Assembly (NCBI RefSeq): GCF_026210795.1
Contig: NC_089429.1
Span: forward strand, 4,960,001 to 5,024,000
Source of the DNA: Rhizophagus irregularis
Lineage: Eukaryota
Length of the DNA stretch: 64,000 nt
Reading direction: 5' to 3'
Shown here in pieces: positions 1 through 11,593 of the stretch; the first letter of the stretch is position 1, and each line of letters starts with the position of its first letter. The notes under the pieces are model-generated. The model did not search any database. It was not told the DNA's origin and was given only the letters and a program-made list of their open reading frames with translations. Made by a program: the position numbers and the translations under genes.

Positions 1-2429
1 AACCTTATCGTATATGCCTCAACATTTTCATTTACTCCTTGTGTTATTTTCCTTAGTTCTAACATTTTCCTTTTTCTAACATCTTCCCTGGTAAATCTTT
101 GTTTAACCCTATGTTTTAAATCATTATCATTATCGTTATCTTGCCAATTTACCAAATGACCATTGTTTGCTTCCTTCTTTTCATTATACCATTGTGCTGC
201 TGCACCTTTCAAACAGGTAGCTGCCATTGCTGCTTGTCTAGCTCCATTTACTCCTGCTGCTTTTCCTATAGCAGTAAATGCTGTTTCGAATTGTCTTACC
301 CAATCATTAACATCTTCTTCTTCCTTTCCGTAAAAATGTGGTAAACTGATTATTCCTCCAGCTGCATTTCCTGCATCTTCAATTGCGTTAGCTACTGGAT
401 TGGCTTGGATTAATCCAGCCCAATTGTTCCCTATATCATGTCCCCATACTGCTTGTAAAGCTGCTCTAACATCTTCCCTTACTTCAGCTCTTGTTGCTCC
501 CATAATTATTGGTACTATTGGTGGAACTGGTGGTATCGGTGGTATTAAAGGTGTTTCAAATAAATTTTCTATATTATAATCGGATATTTCGCTTTTATCC
601 TCAGAATTTGATTCTGAACTTTCACTTGAGTCGAAACCAGGTCTATTTATAATGTTTTCTTCATAAGGTTCTTCAAAATTTTCATTGTTATCAGTATCAT
701 TTGGATTTAAAATTTCTCCATCTTTTCCAGATCCATCCAATTCTTTTTCAAATCCATCAGATTTTTCATTATCAGATTCATTTCCGCTGCTTTCACTATC
801 CTCAATTCTAGCTTGCTGTTTTAGAAATTTATCTAATATCCGCCTTAAATTTTTCTCCATTTCATTTTTATTTCCTTGGAATATTTTAATAAATTCTTGA
901 TCCAATATTTCTCCATCAGTATATCCCATACTGATTAACCTCAATAACTCTCCACTAGTTATTTCTATTTTATTATCGTCACATATTTGTTTTAATCTTT
1001 TAATCCTGATATCAATTTCATTTCCGTCATTTTCACAATCCCTACACTTGGTTTTTCCTTCGTCAAATTTATTGTTTATCCATCTTATTCCACATTCATC
1101 ACAAAATGTGGTATTTTCATTTATCCATTCATATAATTTTTTCCTTAATTCTTTGTTATCTGAATCAATTTCCTGGAAATATTTTTCCATAAATTCCGTT
1201 GTTAATATTACACTATTGCTTATCCTGAATTCTCTCATTCTTTCTATTTCTGACATATTTAATTCGTATCCCAGTTTTTCTAAGTCATCCTTTAATTCTG
1301 ATAATTCTTTTTGTTCACAAATTTTACATTGTCCAATATCTGCTATCATATCAGGTAACTTTCTATTTCTACAACTTCCACATCTTAATGTTTCTTTTGT
1401 TAACCATTCATTTATTTCATCTTTTAATTTTTCATCACTTAGTCCCATTAATTCGAAAAATGTACCTAAAAAGTCTTCTGTTAATATCAATTCTATCCTT
1501 ATCCCTAGGTCCCACATTCTTTGTATATCTTTGTCAGTGAACCTTCCACCCATTTCTTCAATTTTTCTTTTTAATAATTCCACTGTCCATTCGACATTGT
1601 CCTCTATTTTTACTTCATAATGTATACTACCATCACTGTATTCTAATTCATAACTTTCAGGACTATCACTTTCTGGGTCCTCGGGTTCTCTTGTAAATTG
1701 TTTGGTGTCAATAAATCTTTGTCTTACTTTTGATACATATCTCTTCCATGTATTCTCTCCTTCTTGAGTGAATACATCACATCTATTCTGATATTCTATC
1801 TGGATTAATAATTCATTTACCTCTGTCCACAACAGATTTTCTGTTTCTTCATATAATAAATCCCTGAATAACTTTATTGTTAACTTCTTAACATGTATTG
1901 CTTTCATTTCATTTTCCAATATCGTGTTGTACCAATCCCAAAACTTTTGAAATCTATTTTCAACATCCCAATCTTCTAAAATGTATCCATGTTCCATTAT
2001 TTCTGGACATCCGATTAACCGATCAAATACTTCATTTTCTAAGTCTCCTTCAATACAGTCCCTTACAATTACTACTATTATTATTCTCAATCCTTTTTCT
2101 TTCATTTTCGGTTGTTGTCTGTACCTTATTGATTCAATTATTCTATCTACTATATTCCTACATTTTCCTTTATGTATTGTGTCCTCCCTTTCTCTATTGT
2201 CCATACTTAATAAATTCAATAATTCTTTATGTGTCACATTATTGTACATTAGTATTGTATCCTCAAATTTAAATAAAGCATCCCAAAATTTCTTGAATGC
2301 TGTTGATACTTCTCTTTCTATTGGATTACATATCTCACATGCTAAGCATTCCTCTGGTTCTATCACTCCTAGGTCATGTTCTTGTTTATGGTTTATATAT
2401 CCAGCGTTCCAAACATGGTACCATTCCAT
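1..2429 (-). CDS. gag: Ty3/Gypsy Gag-like ORF with long N-terminal extension, 3'-truncated by window edge (>=809 aa)
   Basis: Manual translation: open from ATG 2429 (MEWYHVWNAG...) to the window edge; missing from the ORF track. The C-terminal part is a retrotransposon capsid (LPHFYGKEEEDVNDWVRQFE...CLKGAAAQWY...ITQGVNENVEAY). It lies downstream of a PBS and LTR. Confidence 0.88.
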   Translation of the reverse strand, partial: MEWYHVWNAGYINHKQEHDLGVIEPEECLACEICNPIEREVSTAFKKFWDALFKFEDTILMYNNVTHKELLNLLSMDNREREDTIHKGKCRNIVDRIIESIRYRQQPKMKEKGLRIIIVVIVRDCIEGDLENEVFDRLIGCPEIMEHGYILEDWDVENRFQKFWDWYNTILENEMKAIHVKKLTIKLFRDLLYEETENLLWTEVNELLIQIEYQNRCDVFTQEGENTWKRYVSKVRQRFIDTKQFTREPEDPESDSPESYELEYSDGSIHYEVKIEDNVEWTVELLKRKIEEMGGRFTDKDIQRMWDLGIRIELILTEDFLGTFFELMGLSDEKLKDEINEWLTKETLRCGSCRNRKLPDMIADIGQCKICEQKELSELKDDLEKLGYELNMSEIERMREFRISNSVILTTEFMEKYFQEIDSDNKELRKKLYEWINENTTFCDECGIRWINNKFDEGKTKCRDCENDGNEIDIRIKRLKQICDDNKIEITSGELLRLISMGYTDGEILDQEFIKIFQGNKNEMEKNLRRILDKFLKQQARIEDSESSGNESDNEKSDGFEKELDGSGKDGEILNPNDTDNNENFEEPYEENIINRPGFDSSESSESNSEDKSEISDYNIENLFETPLIPPIPPVPPIVPIIMGATRAEVREDVRAALQAVWGHDIGNNWAGLIQANPVANAIEDAGNAAGGIISLPHFYGKEEEDVNDWVRQFETAFTAIGKAAGVNGARQAAMAATCLKGAAAQWYNEKKEANNGHLVNWQDNDNDNDLKHRVKQRFTREDVRKRKMLELRKITQGVNENVEAYTIR

Positions 2430-2870
2430 TTTTAATAAAATTCTCTGAAAATTTTCACATCTTTTACTTTTTATCCTTCTTTTATATTTTATTTGACCTA
2501 TACTGGGCTTGCCTTTACCTCATTTGTTCATTACTGAGTATGGTAGTTTACAGGTTTGTACAAATAAATTTATATTCCATAAAATTTTCCATCCTACGGT
2601 TGGAATGTGAATCCATATTTAATTTGTCCAATTATTTGTTGTATTTCCAAGACTGATGTATCTTTCTACGGTGTCAACAATTCATTTAATAAGTGGGAGA
2701 TTCAAATCTCCCTCCTATATCTATATTTTATTTCCTTTAATTCATCCTTAACTTTTGTATATTTGTCCAGCAAATATTATTTTAATTTTTGTTAACGTTA
2801 ATCATGATTTTCTTGGGTACCCTCGCACGGAATTCCTTTGAGATCCTTCCTGGACCTATTCCCAATTGAT

Positions 2871-3028
2871 CACACAGAATACCTCAATTGAGTTCACACA
2901 GAATCACACAGAATCACACAGAATCACACAGTATTAACCCCGCCATCTTAATTTATAGTGTCGGCTCTGGGTACACTTTTATATTATCCCCGCCATCTTA
3001 ATTTATAGTGTCAGCTCTGGGTACACTT
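2871..3028. repeat. Leader repeats: (TCACACAGAA)n and a 50-bp-period direct repeat
   Basis: CACACAGAAT tandem copies at 2895-2931 plus one at 2871. CCCCGCCATCTTAATTTATAGTGTCRGCTCTGGGTACACTT occurs at 2938-2978 and 2988-3028. Confidence 0.9.
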
Positions 3029-3546
3029 AGTATGATCAAAGTTCATACAAGACTTAATCTTAATCCTCTCATTCAATTATTTACAATATTTTTATTCAAA
3101 ACCCCTTCTAACTTGATTAGCCTCGCATTTCCCTTGATAATCAATTACTGCCATGCATATTTGATTCATATGCATGGAAATTATTGTAATAATAATTTTT
3201 CATTGACATATCAGCCGGTGGTCAAGTTAGATCAAAAATTATAATTTTTGAACATTATTTCTTCATACATTTATGGTCATACTTACCCAAATTAATACTT
3301 TTTATATTGGTAACCAATATTTTTACGTATTCTTTCGAATATTTGACTTTATTTTATTAAAATCTGACATTAATACCTTAAATTCTTTTTAACCAAAACT
3401 TAGAACTTTTAATTTTATAATTCTTTAACTTTGTTGATCCTTTATTTGTAACTTCTAATGATCACGTGGAGATGATCACTTTCTTTTCTCGGAGATCCTG
3501 TACTAATAACCTGTAGTGATCATATGAGGATGATCACTTTTCCTTT

Positions 3547-3562
3547 CTCGGAGCATGCACCA
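3547..3562 (-). promoter_or_regulatory. tRNA primer-binding site
   Basis: Minus strand TGGTGCATGCTCCGAG starts 2 nt after the LTR terminal CA. Its complement CTCGG-AGCATGC-A-CCA fits T-stem/acceptor/discriminator/CCA of a tRNA 3' end. Confidence 0.75.
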
Positions 3563-3564
3563 CT

Positions 3565-4219
3565 TGTAAGACCTAAGCCCGTGATAAATCACGTTGCCAC
3601 CTTAGGTATTAACAAAATATCTCTTTATTAATAATATAAATAAATACAATAATATGCTTGGTTTAATAACATTAAATAACAAATAAATAATTCATCATCG
3701 ATATTTGTTCAAGAATGTCCTTCTCCAAAGGTGATCTTCATGCCCTTTTATAATTGTTTTTGTGTAACCAAATTCATAATTTTGATTCATGGATTTAAAT
3801 TATCAAAGTATTTCCATGATTTTAAAGTATTTCCATTATCTTAACTCTGTATCCATCTGATCGTCATTAACTCCTGAATTATGATTTATAATACTAACGT
3901 CATGATCAGCAATTTAGTCATTTGACACCTCAGATCACTTGACTTCATTTAATTTAGCATCTTTCGGACCTTTATTTATCCTTAAATCTCGTGACTAATA
4001 GTTTAATGTCATCTCGGACCAATTATCCTTGAATCACCTGCTCAATAGTTTAACGACTTTTCGGTCTAATTATCCTGATTCTCATGACTAATAGTTTAAC
4101 GACTTTTCGGTCTAATTATTAATACAACTAAAAATAAATTAAAATTTCTATACACTAAGATTAAATGTAATACTGCGCCTCACAATTAATAAATTTACTA
4201 TGTATACTACGGCATTACA
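3565..4219 (-). repeat. 5' LTR (~655 bp)
   Basis: TGTAA...TTACA termini, adjacent PBS and internal ~46-bp tandem repeats at ~3985-4120. Sequence after 4219 resumes similarity to the promoter of the next paralog (~7113 onward). Confidence 0.8.
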
Positions 4220-4344
4220 ACGTCCAAACATTTCCTTTTTTCACAAAACTTAATAGTGCGACATGATACAAATATAAATAGCGCATTTTTAAAGCCAAAA
4301 ATAGGTTTTTTTTTATTTTTTAGAAAAAAAATTTTTTCTGAAAA

Positions 4345-5748
4345 ATGACGAGAGGGTATTCATTGGAACAAGATTTAAGATTACTAATAAATAATCCAAA
4401 ATATAGTGATATAGAAATCTTATGCGAAGATGGAAAGAAATTACATTGCTGTAGAGCAATTTTAGCAGCAAGGTCCGAAGTATTTGATAGACTACTTTAT
4501 AATGGGATGAAGGAAACTTATGAAAACCAAATTTCTTTTCCAAAAATTAATTCTGCTGGAATGGAAATTATATTAGAATATATTTATACAGGGTCAGTTA
4601 AAGGAGAATCTTTAACAAAAGATAATACAGTTGAAGCTTTTTACGCTGCAAATTATTTTCAATTAACCGACCTTCAGGATTTTATTACAAAAACGTTTAA
4701 GAATACTAATTTATCAAAAAATTATTCACCAGAATTATTATCAAAAGTTTCAGAAAAAATGCCATTAACAGAAGATAACATTTTGCTTAATTTATTGGTT
4801 GAAGCAGTAGCAATTATACCATTAAATAATATCGAATTTGGTCGATTATCTATTGCCGGTCTTAAATATCTTTTATCTATTACTCATGAAAAAGAAATAC
4901 CATTTGCAACCAGGGAGTATGAAGTTTTTCGATATAGTGCAATTCTAGCAGCAAAACAAGTCTCAAATGATGCATATGAATCCATTATGGAACGGTTGCC
5001 AGTTTTAGATCAAGTAGAGAATACAATTAAAGTAGAAAATAAATTTATTACATATCGTCAAAAAGTTGCTAAAGAAATGGAACCTTTGGTTAAGTATATT
5101 GATTTTAAGCGAATCAAAGGCCAGATATTAGTTAATTTCATTGAACCACTAGAAATCATTCCAGCTGAAATAATTTTAGGTATTTATCGAAATGTAGTGT
5201 CATTAAATAGTTTAAATTTTAATGATATCCGTGGGAAACCACATATAATTAATGAAATCGACTATGTTTGGGATGAAACAGCATGTGGATCACGACTTAT
5301 TATTGAGGATAATGGAAAAGTTGTTCGTGCACCAAATAATCTTAACTCATATCAAAGTGTTAGAGCTAAAATGTTATTAGAAAATAAAGGTATTTTTAAA
5401 TGGGATGTTGTTATTGAGAAAGGTTATAATTATGCCTGGGTAGGAGTATGTGCATCAGAAAATTTTAATTCTGAAGTTTATGCAGGAAGCCAACCTACCG
5501 GATGGGTATTAGGTTCCGGTGGTTATTGTCGTAATTTTGGTAAGACAGTATATTATTGTCCGCCATTTGGTGATAGCACAAAAGTTACTGTTCATTTAGA
5601 TATGAATAAAAGAACTTGTGCTTTTACAGTCAATGGCACAAAGTATCGGGAGGTATCAGAATGGAATAATTTGCCATCAAAACTTTATCCAGTAGTATCA
5701 ATATATCATCTTGATCGCTTTCGAATTCAATCACATAAAGAAAATTAG
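4345..5748 (+). CDS. BTB/POZ-BACK-SPRY protein (paralog 1, 467 aa, intronless)
   Basis: BTB motifs (YSDIEILC, AILAARSEVF, ILEYIYTG) and a SPRY/B30.2-like C-terminus (WVGVC, VTVHLDMNKRTCAFTVNG, LYPVVS). Confidence 0.93.
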   Translation: MTRGYSLEQDLRLLINNPKYSDIEILCEDGKKLHCCRAILAARSEVFDRLLYNGMKETYENQISFPKINSAGMEIILEYIYTGSVKGESLTKDNTVEAFYAANYFQLTDLQDFITKTFKNTNLSKNYSPELLSKVSEKMPLTEDNILLNLLVEAVAIIPLNNIEFGRLSIAGLKYLLSITHEKEIPFATREYEVFRYSAILAAKQVSNDAYESIMERLPVLDQVENTIKVENKFITYRQKVAKEMEPLVKYIDFKRIKGQILVNFIEPLEIIPAEIILGIYRNVVSLNSLNFNDIRGKPHIINEIDYVWDETACGSRLIIEDNGKVVRAPNNLNSYQSVRAKMLLENKGIFKWDVVIEKGYNYAWVGVCASENFNSEVYAGSQPTGWVLGSGGYCRNFGKTVYYCPPFGDSTKVTVHLDMNKRTCAFTVNGTKYREVSEWNNLPSKLYPVVSIYHLDRFRIQSHKEN

Positions 5749-6097
5749 ACTAGACTAGCCAGAATGCTTAGTAAAAATTGTATGATTCGAAAATGTACCA
5801 CATATCAAATATTGAAAAATAGTTGTTATAATAAGAAAATAAATTTTTAAGTCTCATTTACTATGTAATATAAATATTCAAAGATTGTGAGCAAGTATAG
5901 CTATTAAATCATGCATAAGAAGTCGTAACATAAATTTATTATTAAAAAAAAAGAATCAATATAAATATGGTTGAAGGCGCAGAAAAAATTATTATCCTTT
6001 TCTAATACAACTTGGTGCTATACAGTATGGAATATACAGTAAAAATGGAATCATTGATAAAAGTATTTTTATTCTCGAAAAATAAAAAATTAAAAAA

Positions 6098-6620
6098 ATG
6101 ACAAGTGGAACAAAATTTAAGATTATTAATCCAAACATTTAATAAAGTGTCAGTGAAATTTTTTGCGTAGGTAAAAAGGAATTACATGATTGTAGTGCAT
6201 ATAGATTTTTTAACAATCCATTATATCATTTATTGGTAAGAACTTTTAATTTTAAAAATATTCTCTTATCATCGATATAAAGTAACGATATTAAAATATT
6301 ACATAGTATACTTACATAAATTGCTTCATGTACTTCAAAAAATATTGTAGCATTAGAGACAATATGTAAATCAAAGTGTAGCAGTATGGAAACTTTATGT
6401 GGAAAGTAATTTCCAGTTACGGTACACTTGTTATAGTACGTTTATACGGAACCAAATAAAGAAATTCTTCAACAAAAGATACTTTATTTAATTGGATAAT
6501 CGCTACTGTATTGCTTAAACCAATAAGAATGATAATGTTGAATGTCCAGAATATGAAACATATAAAACTCTTATGGAACAGTTCGTCTTAGACCAAATAA
6601 GTAACTCAACCAAAATGCCA
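6098..6620 (+). pseudogene. Decayed BTB-SPRY fragments
   Basis: Frameshifted similarity to the paralog 5' end (ATGACAAGTGGAACAAAATTTAAGATTATTAAT...GATTGTAGTGCA) and to the BACK region (CCAGAATATGAA...ACTCTTATGGAAC). Confidence 0.5.
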
Positions 6621-6731
6621 AAATAGAATTTTAAGTAAATAAACTTCAGATCTGATTATATTTGGGAGGGCATCTTAGTAAAGATGACGGCAAAATTCTT
6701 TCATTTTTATGTAGCTTTTTTTATCATCATG

Positions 6732-7031
6732 TATGGTGGATTTATGAAAACCCTAAGTTTGTCCGTCATGTCAAATTAAATGAATATTTGACAGTATTTT
6801 AGTCACCAAATTTCCAAATTTATTAGAGAACAGTCAAAAATGTGCCCCAAAAAATTTCTTTGTACCCCAAATCTTGCGTCTAACCAATTTTCCCACCGAT
6901 CTAACCAATTTTTCCAGTGTTAAAGGCGCGTCGTTATTTGACATTCTTTAGGGAAAAAGCTTATTGATACTGTACTATTTAATTCCCGAGGGCACAGCAG
7001 GGGTTTTACCAAATTTCATAAATCCGCCACA
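6732..7031. mobile_element. Degenerate MITE-like element
   Basis: Imperfect inverted ends TATGGTGGATTTATGAAA / TTTCATAAATCCGCCACA; no clear TSD. Confidence 0.4.
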
Positions 7032-7172
7032 ATGTACTACTAAGTGATAATGAAATCTTTATAAACATATCAGTACTAGAAAATCATGCATTATAAATGA
7101 TATACTTGCTGTACGCCCAAACATTTTCTTTTTTTCATAAAGCTTTAATTAGTACAAACCTAAATAATAGCG

Positions 7173-7363
7173 GGTGTTACGATAACATGTAGTGTATGGA
7201 TACCTATGTATGTAGGGTATGCAAAATTTCACACGCGTTCCATACAGATCTACATTTATTGTTTATTACCAAATAAGGAAAGGCCTAGACCGTTCTATTC
7301 TGTAACACGTATGGTCACGTGATACTTTTATATGTGATGTTTAGCCATACCCTACATACATAG
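7173..7363. mobile_element. MITE-like insertion in promoter of paralog 2
   Basis: Perfect 18-bp inverted repeat (7204-7221 / 7346-7363). An 8-bp direct repeat TAATAGCG flanks it (7165-7172 / 7364-7371). The segment is absent from the paralog 1 promoter. Confidence 0.7.
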
Positions 7364-7486
7364 TAATAGCGCACCTTTAAATCCAAAAATCCAAAAATTA
7401 GGATTCTTTATTTTTTTTAAAAAAAAATTTTTCTTAAAAAGTTTTCCTATAAAAAAAAAAAAAAAAAAAAAAAATTTTCCTGAAAA

Positions 7487-8878
7487 ATGACGAGAGGATA
7501 TTCATTGGAACAAGATTTAAGATTATTAATAAATAATCCAAAATATAGTGATATAGAAATCTTATGCGAAGATGAAAAAAAATTATACGGTTGTAGAGCA
7601 ATTTTAGCAGCAAGATCCGAAGTATTCGATAGATTACTTTATAATGGAATGAAGGAAACTTATGAAAACCAAATTTCTTTTCCAAAGATTAAATCCACTG
7701 GAATGGAAATTATACTAGAATATACTTATACAGGATCAGTTAAAGAAGAATCTTTAACAAAAGATAATACCGTTGAAGCTTTTTACGCTGCTGATTATTT
7801 TCAATTGTCCGACCTTCAGGATTTTATTACAAAAACGGTTAAGAATACTAATTTATCAAAAAAATATTCACCGGAACTACTAACAAAAGTTTCAGAAAAA
7901 ATGCCATCAACAGAAGATAACATTTTGCTTAATTTATTGGTTGAAGCGGTAGCAATTATACCATTAAATAATATTGAATTTGGTCGATTATCTATTGCCG
8001 GTCTTAAATATCTTTTATCTATTACTCATGAAAAAAAAATATCCTTTGCAACCAGGGAGTATGAAGTTTTTCGATATAGTGCAATTCTAGCAGCAAAACA
8101 AGTCTCAAATGATGCATATGAATCCCTTATGCAACGGTTGCCGACTTTAGATCAAATAGAGAATACAATTATTAAAGCTGAGAATAAATTTATTACGGAT
8201 CGTCAAAAAGTTGCTAAAGAAATGGAACCTTTAGCTAAATATATTGATTTTAAGCTAATCAAAGGTCAGGTATTAGTTAATTTCATTGAGCCATTAGAAA
8301 TTATCCCGGTTGAAATGATTTTAGGCGTTTATCGAAATATAGCGTTATTAAATAGTATGAATTTTAATGATATTCGTGGGATAGACTATATTTGGGATGA
8401 AACAGCATGTGGATCACAACTTATTATTGAGGATAACGGAAAAATTGTACGTCCTACAGATCATCTTATTGTATATCAAAGTGTTAGATCTAAAATGTTA
8501 TTAGAAAATAAGGGTATTTTTGAATGGGATGTTATTATTGAGAAAGGTTGTAATTATGCTTTTGTTGGAGTATGTGCATCAGAGAATTTTAATTATGAAT
8601 CTTGTGCAAGAGATCAGTCAACTGGATGGGTATTAGGTTCTAGTGGTAATTGTTTTAATTCTAGTAAAGGAATAGAGTACTGTCCTTCGTTTGGTGATAG
8701 AACAATAGTTACTATTCATTTAGATATGAATAAAAGAACTTGTGCTTTTACGGTCAATGGCACAAGGTTTCGGGAGGTATCAGAATGGAATAATTTACCG
8801 TCAAAACTTTATCCAGTAGTATCAATATGTCATCTTGGTCGCTTTCGAATTCAACCTCATCAAAAAAATTATGTTTAG
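7487..8878 (+). CDS. BTB/POZ-BACK-SPRY protein (paralog 2, 463 aa)
   Basis: Colinear close paralog of 4345-5748 with an intact ORF. Confidence 0.93.
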   Translation: MTRGYSLEQDLRLLINNPKYSDIEILCEDEKKLYGCRAILAARSEVFDRLLYNGMKETYENQISFPKIKSTGMEIILEYTYTGSVKEESLTKDNTVEAFYAADYFQLSDLQDFITKTVKNTNLSKKYSPELLTKVSEKMPSTEDNILLNLLVEAVAIIPLNNIEFGRLSIAGLKYLLSITHEKKISFATREYEVFRYSAILAAKQVSNDAYESLMQRLPTLDQIENTIIKAENKFITDRQKVAKEMEPLAKYIDFKLIKGQVLVNFIEPLEIIPVEMILGVYRNIALLNSMNFNDIRGIDYIWDETACGSQLIIEDNGKIVRPTDHLIVYQSVRSKMLLENKGIFEWDVIIEKGCNYAFVGVCASENFNYESCARDQSTGWVLGSSGNCFNSSKGIEYCPSFGDRTIVTIHLDMNKRTCAFTVNGTRFREVSEWNNLPSKLYPVVSICHLGRFRIQPHQKNYV

Positions 8879-9234
8879 TATAAAAATTATTAACATGAAT
8901 TTTTTGTATAATATATAGTATGTATTCTTTTTTATTGAAAATAAATAATTTATTTAACAAGAATATGTATATTAATTGGGATACTAACCCGTGAAATAGA
9001 TTATTTAGTTTTTTTACGTCAAAATTACTAATTTACCACAATGATAAAATACTTCATTCTAAACAGACAGTAATATAGGCCTGTTGAAACAGGAAGGTTG
9101 TTTTTCGTTAATCACGTAATTTTAAATGAAATATCATATTTTAGTTGCATGGTGCGAGAGCTTTTGAGCAAACTTTCTATTATCTGATTAAAACAATTAT
9201 GAAGGTGCGTCTGAAATTGAAGATTGGTAATTTT

Positions 9235-9810
9235 TTGAATACAATTTTAGTGGTAAAACAAGCCTCTAATGATGCATATAAAATTCTTATGAAACGGTCG
9301 ATAAACTTAAAACGAAATAGAATTCAATCAAGTAGAAAATAAATTTATTACCGGTCATCAAAAAGTCGATAAAGAAATAGTTATACATGCAAAAATGCAA
9401 AATGTACTTAGTATTTACCTGTAAATCGACAAAATTGTTATAAAAACTAAATGTAAGAAAAGAATAATTTAAATAAACACGAACTGAATTGCTGATCCAT
9501 CATAAAGTACTTGATTTCCAAAAAATTTTTATACAATATTCTTAATAATTTCGTTTAACATTTGTTATTATAAATGTCCTATTCAGTTTCGTTTGTAAAC
9601 ATAATTTTACATATATAGACTAATTCTGTTTAAGAGGTCAAAATGAAGATTGATATTAAATACTAGTTTAAATACTACTTTAGACTAAACTTATATAGAT
9701 TAATTCTACTGGAACAGAAATCATATTAAAAATGCTTATATTGGATCGGGCAGAGAATCTTTAACAAGTTTTTTCACACTTCAATCCTTCAAGATTTTAT
9801 TATTGAAACA
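9235..9810 (+). pseudogene. Decayed BTB-SPRY fragments
   Basis: ILVVKQASNDAYKILMKR and ENKFITGHQKV-like DNA at 9240-9380; INSTG-EII-like and CCTTCAAGATTTTATT at 9700-9803. Confidence 0.6.
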
Positions 9811-11593
9811 ATTAATTAAGAATAGTAATTGTTTATTGGAATCACTGTTTGAAGACATACTTGCATTAATAATATTACTTGTAAAAACAAGGAAGTATAA
9901 ATAACGCTTTTTTTTTATCATGGTATTATAAATCATGTGAACATAAATCACTTGATGTGCTAATTTTTACGGTGAATCTTAACCTGTTCCAGGGATTTAC
10001 GATAATATCTTATTCCCCCCCCCACACGCACGACAACCTGATTTATTTGTTTATCGTTAACACGTTGTACGCAGTACACATTTTTTTCTTTTCTCTTTTC
10101 AGTTATTTTTTAAAATATTCTTAAAGTTTAAAAAGATTTATTCTTAAACACTGGATTAAATATAGAGTATTATTTGAAAAGTTGAGAATATTTATGCGTT
10201 TTTTGTATAGAAATCTCTCAGTATTATTTTATTATTTTAACCAAAATAATATGGCTATTGTTAAATAAGCAAAGTTGTTCAGCAGGTATGAAACTACTCA
10301 GATATTTCTCTAAAACTATACTCATCACTATTTCATAATTTGTAATATTTTTAAATTTTCATACAAATACATGGAAATATCCAGATATTAATATTTATGA
10401 TTGTTGAGTAAATATTCATGAAATTATTGTTGTTTCAATTTACTGTGCGCGTATATATTTTACAGAATAATTTAGCACTTTATTAAACTATACTGGCTTT
10501 TGTTAGATAAGTAAAATTGTTTTTACTACTAAAATTTTCATTTTTTTTATTTTATTTTTTTTAACCAAATGTTTTTAATGATCAGTCATTTGAGTTCAAA
10601 TGAATTATTTAAATTGTTTGTCATTTCAAATCGTTTGCTAATACTGGTGCATATTATATAGTAAAAATTGTAGTTAATTTTATATGTATTCTATTTTATC
10701 AATTATGCTTACTTTTTATTTTTAGTAATATTCATAGGACATAATTAATATATCTAATCATATAAATGATTTTTATGGTTTTATACAAATTTACAATAAT
10801 TTCTAACATATGGTATTTATGGACTTTTTTTGAAATTTAAAAATTCACAAATGTCTGCAATAATTTTGTCAAGAAAAGAAAAAAAAAATGAGGGAATAAA
10901 GGAAGTTAAAGAGATAGTGAACATATCAAAATTTTGATAAATAAATTTAGTGAAAAAAATCTGTAGATTGCTGTAATGAGTAAATTCATGTTTAAACTTG
11001 AAAAAACTATTTCAATTAGTGTTGATGAATTTAAGATATAATAAAATTAACAACTTCAAAACCATACATCCATGCTTCAATGATACTGAAAAAAAACTGG
11101 GTTTGTAAAATTTCGTCTGTTTAATATTTTTATTCTTTTTGTGAAATCATATTTGTTTTTTTGTTTACTGGTTATAATGCAAAAGAAAGGTAGATTGTAA
11201 GGAAAAGAATTTGAGAAAAATTAAATTAATTTATTTATAAATATAATATAATATATACAAGCAAAAATCCAATATTACATTTCAAATATTACATAAAATA
11301 ATGAATACAATGTTATATATAAAAGGAAACTATCTTATTGTACAATGGGATATAAGTTTTAAATTAATTTCTGTAATTGTCATCATCATAATAATTTATT
11401 TATTACCTTTTTGAGTATGTGCTTTACAATAAAATTTCTTAAAATAAAATCTAACTCAAAAAATATTTTTATCTCCAAATATATTTTAGCACTAGCTTGT
11501 GTCAATAGCTTTGTTTTTTATTGCAAAAAGGTGTTATTAAAAATTTTGTATGATTAAGTACTACGGCCCTACCACAAGGGACTTCCTAAGAAG

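Larger units (their letters stand above)
1..4219 (-). mobile_element. 5' part of Ty3/Gypsy LTR retrotransposon
   Basis: On the minus strand the order is LTR (4219-3565), PBS (3562-3547), ~1.1 kb leader, gag ORF. Confidence 0.85.

Noticed and set aside
141..2656. Plus-strand ORFs of 67-190 aa
   Set aside because: Antisense shadows of the minus-strand gag ORF.
4313..4543. Similar antisense ORFs (MEKKFGFHKF...) at four BTB genes
   Set aside because: Explained by conservation of the sense-strand BTB sequence; they use non-ATG starts.
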